This document shows, piece after piece, positions 10,849 to 19,790 of a DNA stretch of 64,000 nt. Where the stretch lies: IMG/VR virus record IMGVR_UViG_2831870349_000001; one strand, written 5' to 3'. The notes beneath the pieces are model-generated. The model worked only from the letters and a program-made list of their open reading frames with translations, had not been told where the DNA came from and made no database searches. The position numbers and the translations under genes are program-made. Numbering within the stretch: position 1 is the stretch's first letter; each line of letters begins with the position of its first letter. The DNA is from a virus (lineage: Duplodnaviria > Caudoviricetes).

Positions 10849-11286
10849 ATGGCGACGACACATGTATTTGGACCGGGGACAACTCCCGGCGCGGGCGGCA
10901 GCTTGCCGGCGGAAGTGCGGATCGCGTATGATCGGCGGCTTCTCAAGGCGGCGCGCCCAAATTTGATCCACGCGCAGTTTGCGGACGATCGGCCGATTGA
11001 CAAGAACGCCGGAACGACCATGCAGATGCGGCGTTTTGAGCTGCTGAGTCCCGCGACTTCGCCGCTCTCCGAAGGCGTTACGCCGACGGGCAACAACTTG
11101 ACGGTAACGCCGGTGACGGTAGGCATCGCGCAGTACGGAGACTTTATTCAGGTCTCGGACGTGCTGACGTGGTCGGCGATCGATCCCATTCTGACTCAGG
11201 CGGCCGATATCCTCGGCTTCCAGGCCGGACAAACGATCGATCAGCTCGCGCGTGATTTCATGAGCACCGGCACCAATGTGCATTAC
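10849..11286 (+). pseudogene. N4-gp56-family major capsid protein, 5' half only (disrupted by prophage insertion)
   Basis: YDRRLL...LSEGVTP...QYGDFIQVSD...AIDP...LGFQAGQTID...GTNVHY; capsid-like text stops after about 146 aa and the frame reads through to TAA 11373. Confidence 0.85.
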
Positions 11287-11308
11287 CGAATACATCAAGT
11301 TGATTGGT
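11272..11308. other. Putative attL of the serine-integrase prophage
   Basis: Junction where capsid similarity ends; imperfect IRs ACCAAT...ATTGGT and ATGTGCATT/AATACAT around 11285-11288; about 100 bp from the integrase 3' end. Confidence 0.6.
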
Positions 11309-11384
11309 CGCGGCGCGGAGTGGTGATTTTAGCTGTTCAAGCTGGGGATTTCAGGTGGCGTCGAGGGAGTTAATATTTTTCGCA

Positions 11385-12962
11385 CTACAGCTGAGGAATG
11401 CGGAAATCCACCAACTTTTTGTCAGCGGAAACCAGGATCCCAGCAAGCCAATCCTGAAGGAATGCGCGCTTTTCCTCGGTGGTGTGCTGATTGCTCTGGA
11501 TCATCACGAGCAGGCGATGGGCGTCGAAAGGCTTCAGGAGCTTCAGTGGACGCGCGGTCTCGGCGATCGCGAGCTGCTCCAGCAGCAGTGTCTTCGTGCG
11601 CTCGATTTCGGCGATGGCGTTTCCCATCTGATCGAGCGTAATGTAGCCGCGCTGGTTCTGATCGGAGAGGGCCATGATGCGTGTTGGGATCAGGTCAAGC
11701 TCTTTGCGTATGATTTGCGGGTCGGGGTGCGGGGACGGCGCCTCAAGCGGCGGCGGCTCCAGGAGGCGTTCGGCGAGATGTGGATGCTCGGCGAGCAGTT
11801 CCACGATCCCGCCCTCGTTCCGGATCCGTTCCAGGCTTTCAATAACCATTCGCCTAATCTTACCCTCCATGATGTTGAAACCCGGACACTCCTGCGATGG
11901 GGCAAGTCCGGATCCCTTCGCGCGGTACATTCCCATGCGAACGGAGCAGACGTAGCAGGCTTCGCGCTTGCCCGTTTTTGGACTGCGGATATGGGTGTGC
12001 AGGACGCTCTTGCGTCCTGCTTCGACGCAGTGCGGGCAGAGCAGGAGACCGCCGGCGAACATGGCGTCAATCTCCGAGATCTTCCCAGGGCGGCGGGCCT
12101 CTACGAGGATTTGGGCCTGGGCGAAGGTCTCGGCGGTGATGATGGCCGGATGGGCGCCGGGAAAGACATCGCCATTCAATTTACACTGGCCGGTATAGAC
12201 GATGTTTCGGAGCATGTGGGAGATCGTTTGCGCCTGCCAGCCGTCGAGGTAAACGTTGCGGCGCGCGCCGTTCGTGCCGGGTGGACGGATCTTCATGGCG
12301 TTCAGCTGCCGGGCGAGATCGACGAGCATGGCGCGCTGTCCGACGTACGTCTCGAATATCCATTTGACCCAGCGCGCGGCCTCATCGTCGAGCGCCCAGC
12401 CGGCGCCGCGCACGCCGGGCTCGGCATAACGGTAACCATAGACGGGCGGACCGTGCTGGCGACCTTTATTGGCGGCCGCGCTGTGGATTCCCTTTTTGAG
12501 TTCCGTCGAAAGATTATCGCTGTGAAATTCCGAGACGCACTCCATAACGCCTTCGATCAGCTTCTCGGAGGGATCGTCCCCGCCCACCCATGGCTCGGTG
12601 ACGCTTTCCACCTTCACGCCATATTGCTTGAGGAGATGCTTGTATGTAACAGCGTGCGTACGGTACCGAAAAACGCGATCGGATTTATGGATTAGAAAGA
12701 CATCGTACTCGCCGGCCTTGGCGCAGGTGATCGCCTTTTGGAACTCGGCGCGCTGATCGCCCTTCTCTCCCCAGGCGCTGATACCTCCGTCCTGGAAGTT
12801 GTGCGTGACCACGCCGCCGCGCGCCGCGACATAGGCGATCTGCTGCGCTTCCTGCTCGGGAAGGGAGAGATCGCGCTCGACCTGGCTTTCTTTGCTGACG
12901 CGGCGGTAAATGCAGTACCGAAGCGGGGTGAAGGAAAGGTGGACTTGTTTCCTCGTGGTCAT
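11385..12962 (-). CDS. int: Large serine recombinase (phage integrase)
   Basis: Catalytic YRRVS, DGGISA, DRVFR; recombinase domain (PVYGY, NIVYTG, HPAII); Zn ribbon CPHC/YVC; coiled coil. Confidence 0.95.
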   Translation of the reverse strand: MTTRKQVHLSFTPLRYCIYRRVSKESQVERDLSLPEQEAQQIAYVAARGGVVTHNFQDGGISAWGEKGDQRAEFQKAITCAKAGEYDVFLIHKSDRVFRYRTHAVTYKHLLKQYGVKVESVTEPWVGGDDPSEKLIEGVMECVSEFHSDNLSTELKKGIHSAAANKGRQHGPPVYGYRYAEPGVRGAGWALDDEAARWVKWIFETYVGQRAMLVDLARQLNAMKIRPPGTNGARRNVYLDGWQAQTISHMLRNIVYTGQCKLNGDVFPGAHPAIITAETFAQAQILVEARRPGKISEIDAMFAGGLLLCPHCVEAGRKSVLHTHIRSPKTGKREACYVCSVRMGMYRAKGSGLAPSQECPGFNIMEGKIRRMVIESLERIRNEGGIVELLAEHPHLAERLLEPPPLEAPSPHPDPQIIRKELDLIPTRIMALSDQNQRGYITLDQMGNAIAEIERTKTLLLEQLAIAETARPLKLLKPFDAHRLLVMIQSNQHTTEEKRAFLQDWLAGILVSADKKLVDFRIPQL

Positions 12963-13051
12963 TTAGGGGAATCCGTGCGATATTTAAAATTAAAACGGCC
13001 TCCCGTATTGGAAGGCCGAGTAAGTAAAATTGCCGTTATTGTCTGAACAAT

Positions 13052-13774
13052 TTATTTTGGAGGTGTCGGATATTCAGCTTCCCATCGCAGTGACGTCATT
13101 ATGGAATGATACACGTTGAAGATGAAGGACTGAACCAACACCACCATATAAAAAAACACGGATGATACAAACACTATCCCGATCTGAGCCAAATACCGCT
13201 TGCATTCTCCAGGGTCTATCAATACGCGATTGACGAAAATTGAGAGTAGGCCAGATGGAAGAGCAAATGCCTTTACCAGATAACAGGTGAATATAAAGAA
13301 CAAGATCACGGTAAAGATCTTAATAAACCTGAAGAAGGAACCCTTCAAATAACTGAGACCCGTTTTCTTGTCAATGTGCTGCGCCATCTGTAGGAAAAGC
13401 TCAGGCTTTACCAGAGTAGCGAAGATCGTAAATCCAGCTATGAGGAAACCAAGCAGTGACGCTCCAAAGTTCAGCCCAAGATCTGACCAGCTTCGGACCT
13501 TATCCGCCAGAACGTGAGTGGACTCAGGGGTATATACGGCATATAAAACGTTCAAGAAGACAATTAGCCAAGTCGATGAAACATTGAACTTGCTTTCCTT
13601 GATATGCCGTATCTGAACCCAAATGTCCCACAGATCTTTTTCTTCTGTCAGGCTGGCAGGGTTGAACGGTCTATCTTTACCCGGCTCCGATGTTGAATTG
13701 TTCTTGGACAGCCGCAATTTTGGATTCAATGATTTGTGCGTCTGCTTCAGGGGTCTCATCAATGTGAACTCCAC
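13052..13774 (-). CDS. Four-TM membrane protein, candidate defence effector (start uncertain)
   Basis: Several hydrophobic helices (ASLLGFLIAGFTIF); low GC; overlaps the upstream gene. Confidence 0.7.
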   Translation of the reverse strand: MEFTLMRPLKQTHKSLNPKLRLSKNNSTSEPGKDRPFNPASLTEEKDLWDIWVQIRHIKESKFNVSSTWLIVFLNVLYAVYTPESTHVLADKVRSWSDLGLNFGASLLGFLIAGFTIFATLVKPELFLQMAQHIDKKTGLSYLKGSFFRFIKIFTVILFFIFTCYLVKAFALPSGLLSIFVNRVLIDPGECKRYLAQIGIVFVSSVFFYMVVLVQSFIFNVYHSIMTSLRWEAEYPTPPK

Positions 13775-14783
13775 GCCTCACGAAGGCTCCGAATGCGGAA
13801 AGCATTCGCCGCATTAAGATTCCGGCGTTTTCGGTTCGGGAAATAACATTTCCTTCCACGTCCGGACTGCCGCCATCTCTATTTTCGCGGCTTTCGAGCG
13901 GCAATGTGATTCGGGTCTTGTAATCCGTCGCGCCCCCACGAATCTCAACCCCCGCTTCGTCAAAACCGACCACCGAGATATGTGAATTACCTTGGGCTGT
14001 CGCCGCGCTCAACTGGTTGATTGCCTCCTCACGATTCAGACCTTCGGTGTTTTCGTGAGACAAAGCCGTCCTGTCCGATCCTATTGCTTCTTTCTTCTCC
14101 CGGACATCGTCAAAGAACGGATCATTGTCGTTTTCATCATTTGTGTCCACCAGTTCAATTCGAACGGAAACGAGCCGGGACATCTGCTGAATGTAGGCCC
14201 TGAAGTCATCTTCACTTGAGAGAGAGATAATTTCCAGGGTGAATCGGCCATACGTTCGGCGCGTAGCGCTCTTGGCCGCGTTGATTGCGGTCTTGGTAGG
14301 ATTCTTTCTAGATTGTACCTCAGCGGCAGCTTCGGCTATCCGATCATCAACATACTGCTTGTAATACCGTCGAATGTTTCGGGTTACGACGTTCTTGAAG
14401 GATCCAAGAGGAGGCGCCTCGGGGGTCTCATGGTAGTAGAGAAGCTTATGGTTCCTTAATATCAGGACAAAGGAAGCGGAGGTCGCATAAGGAGTTTCAC
14501 TAAGGCTTTCCACCAATCCAAGCTCAGGGTCAAAGACTTGTACGCTCCGATGCCTCGTGTCTTGGATAAAAGTGCCGACCAAACACAGTTCATCGCGGCC
14601 GTCAAAGGGCAACATCTCTAATCGGGTTTCATAGAGAAAATATGTGCTCGACATGAACTCATATTTTTCAGGATGCGAAAGTAGGGCTGGCAGGACGACA
14701 TCGTTAGCGAGATCAAGAAGATTGGTGTCTTCGCCAAACTTACAAATGAAATTTGCGAATTCTACGTAAGGTTCCCATGCCAT
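13677..14783 (-). CDS. DUF4747-like soluble protein, candidate defence partner
   Basis: 368 aa with SFVLILRNHKLLY motif; paired with a TM gene in a low-GC moron next to the integrase. Confidence 0.55.
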   Translation of the reverse strand: MAWEPYVEFANFICKFGEDTNLLDLANDVVLPALLSHPEKYEFMSSTYFLYETRLEMLPFDGRDELCLVGTFIQDTRHRSVQVFDPELGLVESLSETPYATSASFVLILRNHKLLYYHETPEAPPLGSFKNVVTRNIRRYYKQYVDDRIAEAAAEVQSRKNPTKTAINAAKSATRRTYGRFTLEIISLSSEDDFRAYIQQMSRLVSVRIELVDTNDENDNDPFFDDVREKKEAIGSDRTALSHENTEGLNREEAINQLSAATAQGNSHISVVGFDEAGVEIRGGATDYKTRITLPLESRENRDGGSPDVEGNVISRTENAGILMRRMLSAFGAFVRRGVHIDETPEADAQIIESKIAAVQEQFNIGAG

Positions 14784-14825
14784 AAATCAATTATATTCCT
14801 TCTGAAGGTAACCGTCACAGGTTAA

Positions 14826-14845
14826 ATTATTGATCGATCAATATT
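14826..14845. promoter_or_regulatory. Dispersed palindrome copy 1 (ATTATTGATCGATCAATATT)
   Basis: Intergenic; matches four other copies. Confidence 0.75.
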
Positions 14846-15121
14846 TCAGCGCTTCTGCATCGCCTTATTCATGGCGTCGATATCTTTTTGATTGTTCCGT
14901 TCCATCGTTTGCTGATTGAGCGGCGCCCCTGGGCCTGAAATTGCCTGTTGCATCAGAAGCACAGCATCTTTGAGTGTTGGACGGTGCATGTGCGGCCCGA
15001 GAATGGCCGACGCGATCAGGCCCGTCGCCCAGGTCGCAATCTTGCGCTTGGACCAGCGTTCGCCGCGCTTCAGGAGCCGCGCGGCCCAGCGTTCAATAAA
15101 ATCTGGATTGATCATATTCAT
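14846..15121 (-). CDS. Small hypothetical membrane-associated protein
   Basis: ATG overlaps the upstream stop; one hydrophobic segment. Confidence 0.5.
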   Translation of the reverse strand: MNMINPDFIERWAARLLKRGERWSKRKIATWATGLIASAILGPHMHRPTLKDAVLLMQQAISGPGAPLNQQTMERNNQKDIDAMNKAMQKR

Positions 15122-15837
15122 TACCTGGGTGAAACGTAGCCGCCTTCGAATAACAATGGGCCTCGGCAGTGAGCGCATGTCATTTCGCGGCGATCCTCGT
15201 TAGCGATCAGGACGATCGAACCATTGCAGATCGGGCATAAACCGATATGCATATTTCGCCAGCGATATCTCTCCCCAGCTAACTCCTTCTCGTCGAGAGA
15301 GCCAACCCGGCCGAGGAGCGGCTTCCCTATGCCCTCATAGATCGCCCACAAAAAGGCGCCGCAGAGCGGGATCCCGAGTATCGACCAGATGCCTCCAACG
15401 TAAACAAGGAAGGGTCCAATAAGTCCTGCCCACCAGAATATCCAGATTGGGACGATGGTGAAACCTCCGGATCTTTCCTTCGTCGCTTCCCGAATCGAAC
15501 GTGTCGCCTGCTCGTCAATCTGCTGAGGTGTGGCCTGGTTGAACTTTACGGCTCCCGGACGCCACGCGCTAACAGTCTTCTCAAGGGGGTCTGCTGGCGA
15601 GACAAGAAGCGCGGTCGGTGCGTGAACGACAATGAGTGGAGAACCCGTGAGGGGCGCGTTACATTGCTTGCAAATCTCAGTTCCGGCATCGTTCAGCAGT
15701 CCGCAGGTTGAGCAATGGTTATCCTGTGGGGTAACGGCTGGCGCAGCGGCCTTGGCCGCCGGCTTCCCATATTTCTGACACCGCGCGCAGTCGAGATCGA
15801 ACGCCGTCATGATATAGCCGCAGTCGGGACATTCCAT
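15121..15837 (-). CDS. Zinc-ribbon membrane protein
   Basis: Multiple CxxC pairs and two TM helices; GAGG RBS; typical of the immunity region. Confidence 0.7.
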   Translation of the reverse strand: MECPDCGYIMTAFDLDCARCQKYGKPAAKAAAPAVTPQDNHCSTCGLLNDAGTEICKQCNAPLTGSPLIVVHAPTALLVSPADPLEKTVSAWRPGAVKFNQATPQQIDEQATRSIREATKERSGGFTIVPIWIFWWAGLIGPFLVYVGGIWSILGIPLCGAFLWAIYEGIGKPLLGRVGSLDEKELAGERYRWRNMHIGLCPICNGSIVLIANEDRREMTCAHCRGPLLFEGGYVSPR

Positions 15838-15854
15838 ACGGTCGACCTCTGATA

Positions 15855-16253
15855 TTACCTCACTGCAAGCTTGCATAGGATGTGGCGAATTTGGGCCGCG
15901 TCAAGCCCTGGCTGAAGCGGAAGATGATCTCCCCATAATCCATGATCACATTCGTAATCCAGGCAGGCGCCCGCCCAGAGCAAATGGTGGGCGATCTCGT
16001 GCCGGATACCGTGAGCGATGGTGGTCGGCGCGTAGTGAAAGTTAATCACGATGCATCCACGATCAGTAGGAGTGTAAAAAGCAGCCCCATATCTAGGATT
16101 TCTGTCTGCGACCATTTCGATCCCAAGCCCACGCGCCACTCTGATGCCTGACATGACTTCGTCGGCGACATAGCCGTCATACAACATTTCGAGCTTCCGA
16201 TGCAGGTTCTTCCCGATACAATCCAGGTCAATCCCGTATACATCCATGTGCAA
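15855..16253 (-). CDS. ImmA/IrrE-family metallopeptidase (anti-repressor protease)
   Basis: HEIAH zinc motif; directly downstream of the repressor. Confidence 0.75.
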   Translation of the reverse strand: MHMDVYGIDLDCIGKNLHRKLEMLYDGYVADEVMSGIRVARGLGIEMVADRNPRYGAAFYTPTDRGCIVINFHYAPTTIAHGIRHEIAHHLLWAGACLDYECDHGLWGDHLPLQPGLDAAQIRHILCKLAVR

Positions 16254-16256
16254 CGC

Positions 16257-16709
16257 TTACTCACCCTCCGTACCGTCCTCAAAGTCATCATCGAATTTTG
16301 AGCGGTGTCCGATTGCCGTATCTGAATCGCTTTCCAAGATTGCCCTGAGGACATTCTTCGCCAGCGGAATTTTGTCTTGGCGTCCACTAAGCTGTTCGAA
16401 GAGATGATCGAGTTCAGCGTCACGCTTTCGGGTAATTATTCGCTGTTCAACTTTAAAGCCAGCAGCATCTAAACCGGAAGCTATAAGGGCCTGAACAAAA
16501 TCTACATCTGAGCCGGGCGGGGCCAGCGCCCTAGCGAGTTTTTCGACAACTTTTTTTGAAGGCGCCCGAGCGCCTCGTTCCAGGGCAGATGCGTAGCCTT
16601 GGGTGATATTAGCCATATCGGCCAAATCATCTTGGGATAACTTTTCAGGGTATTGGCGACGCTGCTCGGCCAACCATAGGCTGAACGTGCTTGCGTTTTC
16701 CTTGCTCAT
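16257..16709 (-). CDS. XRE-family prophage repressor
   Basis: LSQDDLADMANITQGYASALERG HTH; divergent from the early operon. Confidence 0.88.
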   Translation of the reverse strand: MSKENASTFSLWLAEQRRQYPEKLSQDDLADMANITQGYASALERGARAPSKKVVEKLARALAPPGSDVDFVQALIASGLDAAGFKVEQRIITRKRDAELDHLFEQLSGRQDKIPLAKNVLRAILESDSDTAIGHRSKFDDDFEDGTEGE

Positions 16710-16771
16710 AAAGTCAATCTCAATTTCTAAACAGGCTATCATTTTGTCTCCTAATGGAGATAGACACAGTA

Positions 16772-16848
16772 TAAAACAATTTGTTGCAAAAATAAAGCGA
16801 CAAATTGTTTTAAAACATATTGCTATCCCCAATACAATATGTTATAAT
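16772..16848 (+). promoter_or_regulatory. Switch region: operators and rightward promoter
   Basis: AACAATTTGT/ACAAATTGTT palindromes; TTGCTA(16820)-17nt-TATAAT(16843), ATG 6 nt after the -10. Confidence 0.75.
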
Positions 16849-16854
16849 CCCTCC

Positions 16855-17112
16855 ATGCCTAAGCAATTAGAAGTCTATTCGGAATTGCGAAAGCTCCGCG
16901 ACGCCATGAATAACGGCAAGGGGTGCAGCGCACAAGAATTTGCCAACATGGTGGCCGCCATCCTTGGAGAGAAGGAGCGCAGCGGCGGATCCATCATCGC
17001 GATCGAGAACCGTGGCGTAAAAGATTATTACGTGATCCGTGCCCTCGCGTCGATCCATGGGATGACGAATGAGGAGATGGCAGAATTGGTGAACCCTGAC
17101 AAAATTAAATAA
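16855..17112 (+). CDS. Cro-like HTH regulator, probably leaderless
   Basis: First gene divergent from the repressor; SAQEFANMVA...SIIAIENRG HTH-like. Confidence 0.7.
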   Translation: MPKQLEVYSELRKLRDAMNNGKGCSAQEFANMVAAILGEKERSGGSIIAIENRGVKDYYVIRALASIHGMTNEEMAELVNPDKIK

Positions 17113-17159
17113 CAAATTGTTCTAAAAATCTTGCTATTTTTAGAACAATTTGTTATAAT
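17110..17159 (+). promoter_or_regulatory. Second early promoter within a 20-bp inverted repeat (two operators)
   Basis: TAACAAATTGTTCTAAAAAT...ATTTTTAGAACAATTTGTTA; TTGCTA(17131)-17nt-TATAAT(17154). Confidence 0.8.
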
Positions 17160-17193
17160 ATCCTCAGTCCACTCTACTGAGGAGCAAAAAAAG

Positions 17194-17574
17194 ATGTCCG
17201 CCGCCGCATATTTCCGCAATCTGGTCGAGGTGAATAACGAAGTTGCCGCCTTTGAGCGCCGAACCCGGGAGATCGAAGCCTCGCACCGCGCGCAGCTCCT
17301 CAGCGAGCAGGTGGCGGCAATCCAGAGCGACTACGAAATCACGGTCTCGGACGATCACATGCTGCTGACGCACATGATGGAGCAGGACGACTTCGCGAAG
17401 GTCTTCCGGGTTCCCGGCACAACCGACGTGGACCGCGACCGAACCCAGGTCGGTCACCGCACCCCGTTCCTGGCGCGCGCCTTCGAAGTCGTGATCGAGC
17501 AGCGGATCGAGGCGAATCGCCGGGAGCGCCTGGCGGCTCAGAAAATGAACGCCAGCCGAAAGGCGGCGGCGTAA
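17194..17574 (+). CDS. Hypothetical early phage protein
   Basis: GAGGAG RBS; coupled to the next gene. Confidence 0.7.
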   Translation: MSAAAYFRNLVEVNNEVAAFERRTREIEASHRAQLLSEQVAAIQSDYEITVSDDHMLLTHMMEQDDFAKVFRVPGTTDVDRDRTQVGHRTPFLARAFEVVIEQRIEANRRERLAAQKMNASRKAAA

Positions 17575-17888
17575 TGGGAACGGCTGCTCAGGCGCTTGGC
17601 GTGATGGTCCCGGCGGGCGTCACGGAGTTTGACGCGGACCTCGATCTGCTCGCGATCCTCATCTTCCATGGGGCGTTGACGCAAGACGAGGCGATGGAGG
17701 AGCGGGAGGCGCTGTCGCTTCGCATGAACGCCTACTTCGCCGATCAGATGAACGCCTACTTCGCCGATCAGATGAACGCCGACGGCGGCGAGTGCGATCT
17801 GGTTCTTCGGTTCTCGTCGGGACATTGCGGTACGGACGAGGAAGCCGCTGCTGAACCATTCTTTTGTGAACTGCCGCTCGCGGCTTAA
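17574..17888 (+). CDS. Hypothetical protein with in-frame 24-bp duplication
   Basis: TAATG coupling; MNAYFADQ repeated twice. Confidence 0.6.
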   Translation: MGTAAQALGVMVPAGVTEFDADLDLLAILIFHGALTQDEAMEEREALSLRMNAYFADQMNAYFADQMNADGGECDLVLRFSSGHCGTDEEAAAEPFFCELPLAA

Positions 17889-17939
17889 TTGATTTTGTAA
17901 TTATCTTCTGATTGATTTTGAGAGTGTGGGGAGACGTCA

Positions 17940-18161
17940 ATGAAGCAGCCTTTGCGGGTTACATTGTCAACGGCGGACGGGCGGGTGATCATGGAGAGTT
18001 CCGCTCCGGGCGAGCGAATCATCCACGATCGCCTGGAATACCAGATCGCGCTCGCCAGGGAGCTTTTCGCGGCGCGCGGGATCCGCTTCACTGCGGAAGA
18101 CCGCGCCATCATGACACGAAATCACGAGCAGAGGATGCAGGCGGCGGCGAAGGCCGCATAG
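17940..18161 (+). CDS. Hypothetical protein
   Basis: GGAG RBS; phage-like codon usage. Confidence 0.6.
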   Translation: MKQPLRVTLSTADGRVIMESSAPGERIIHDRLEYQIALARELFAARGIRFTAEDRAIMTRNHEQRMQAAAKAA

Positions 18162-18218
18162 CGCGAGTGGAGACGAAGGGCGAATTGCACATTTGAGTTC
18201 GCAGTTTGGGAGGGTTTG

Positions 18219-18452
18219 ATGGCAAAGCAAGCGACGACCGGGCAGTCTCTGACCCGTCAGGAGCGGAACATGCTTCGGATGGCGGCGACAGGCCTGATCA
18301 ACAGAGAAATCGCCAGCCGCGAGGGCGTCTCCAAGCGAACGGTGGACTTTCACCTCTACAACACTTACGAGAAGCTGGGCGTTTCGAACCGGATCCAGGC
18401 GATCAATATTGCGCGCAGCCGTGGGCTGCTGGAGATCTCAGCAGCGGCGTAG
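18219..18452 (+). CDS. Stand-alone LuxR/GerE-type HTH regulator
   Basis: LTRQE...GLINREIA...VSKRTVDFHLYNTYEKLGVSNR. Confidence 0.9.
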   Translation: MAKQATTGQSLTRQERNMLRMAATGLINREIASREGVSKRTVDFHLYNTYEKLGVSNRIQAINIARSRGLLEISAAA

Positions 18453-18570
18453 GGTTGGTTTTAGGATTGGTTAGAGGATTAGTTAGAGGATTAGTTACGG
18501 GCCCGACAAAACAAAACGACCCGGTCAAGCGCTGTGGCAACAGCTCCCGGGTCGTAAGGATCATACGAAA

Positions 18571-19401
18571 ATGACTATACCCCAAAATTCCAATTGCAAT
18601 ACAAATACTGTCCAAAAACCGGTATTTGACCCCAATAAGCACCTGATCGCGGTTCAGGGCGGCCGGAAATATCTTCCCGTGTCCGCCCGCGTCCAGTGGT
18701 TCCGATCCGAGCATCCGGACTGGACAATCGAGACCAACCCGCTCACCATCGACAACGACAAGCAGTTCGCCATCTTCCAGGCGAAGATCTTCAACGCCGA
18801 CGGCCGCCTGATGGCGATGGGCACGAAGAAGGAAGACATCAAGGGCTTCGGCGACTATATCGAGAAGGCCGAGACCGGAAGCGTCGGCCGCGCACTGGCG
18901 CTTTGCGGCTACGGTACGCAGTTCGCACCCGAGCTTGACGAAGTCGCCGGCGGCCGCTTCGCTGACACTCCACAAGGGAGCCGGCATGGCGACGCTGCCC
19001 AGGCGGGACGCTACGGCGACTCGTCGCGCGGCGGACAGGGCCGTGGACAGCGCTCAGGTCATCCCGCCGCACGCCCCGCTTCGGAGTTTACGCGACAGGA
19101 TGAGCAGCCAGAGAGCAGCGAGACCACCGAGGCTCCTGCCGTGAGCACGTCCTGCGCCTCCTGCGACCGAACGCTCAGCAAATCCCAGGCGGACTTCTCC
19201 AAACACAATTACGGCGACGCGCTTTGCCCGGCCTGCCAGCGCGAACGCGGCGCGGCCGAGTCGCCCTCGCCGGCCGCCACGTTTGCGACGCGCCCCGCGC
19301 AATCCTCGACACGTCCCGCGCAATCCTCGACGCGACCACAGGACCGCGAGTTTGAGAGCCAGCGCCGCGAGCGCCTGGAGCGGGAAGGGGGCCGCGCGTG
19401 A
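18571..19401 (+). CDS. Putative single-strand annealing recombinase (Rad52/Erf-like) with C-terminal Zn finger
   Basis: KYLPVSARVQWFR and EKAETGSVGRALALCGYG motifs; CASC...CPAC. Confidence 0.65.
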   Translation: MTIPQNSNCNTNTVQKPVFDPNKHLIAVQGGRKYLPVSARVQWFRSEHPDWTIETNPLTIDNDKQFAIFQAKIFNADGRLMAMGTKKEDIKGFGDYIEKAETGSVGRALALCGYGTQFAPELDEVAGGRFADTPQGSRHGDAAQAGRYGDSSRGGQGRGQRSGHPAARPASEFTRQDEQPESSETTEAPAVSTSCASCDRTLSKSQADFSKHNYGDALCPACQRERGAAESPSPAATFATRPAQSSTRPAQSSTRPQDREFESQRRERLEREGGRA

Positions 19402-19766
19402 ACGCCACTTCCAAAATTCTCAACGTCATGATGGCGATCGGCAAGGCGACGGCGGGCATGGTCATCGCGGAAACATCGCTCTGCCTCGGTCGCGGCTCCA
19501 TGGACGAGTGCCTGACCGCCTACGAGAAGGTTCTCGCGCTCAAACTGATGCTCCACCATCTGCACCTGGAAAAGCATCGCGAAGAGAAGAGCGGCGCCGC
19601 CCCGACCGCGCACGAAGTCGTCCACTCTGCCCAAAACGAGCAACAAAGAAATGATGAGCAGCGGATCAACGACGAAGCGTTCGCGGCGCTCATGTGGCCA
19701 GATCTCGCCGCCGGCGTGGATACGGTTTACGTGCTGCCAAAGCGCCTGCTTCATTCCCAGAATTAA
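19398..19766 (+). CDS. Hypothetical protein
   Basis: GTGA overlap with the upstream stop. Confidence 0.55.
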   Translation: MNATSKILNVMMAIGKATAGMVIAETSLCLGRGSMDECLTAYEKVLALKLMLHHLHLEKHREEKSGAAPTAHEVVHSAQNEQQRNDEQRINDEAFAALMWPDLAAGVDTVYVLPKRLLHSQN

Positions 19767-19790
19767 CGCACCGGCCGAGCGGCCGAGAAA

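Larger units (their letters stand above)
4314..11286 (+). mobile_element. Resident cryptic prophage or GTA-like head-packaging module, interrupted at the capsid gene
   Basis: terS-terL-portal-scaffold-capsid order; no integrase, repressor or replication genes on the left; contains a host REP-like repeat. Confidence 0.75.

Noticed and set aside
11304-12695. 463-aa plus-strand ORF
   Set aside because: Antisense shadow of the serine integrase with no recognisable motifs.
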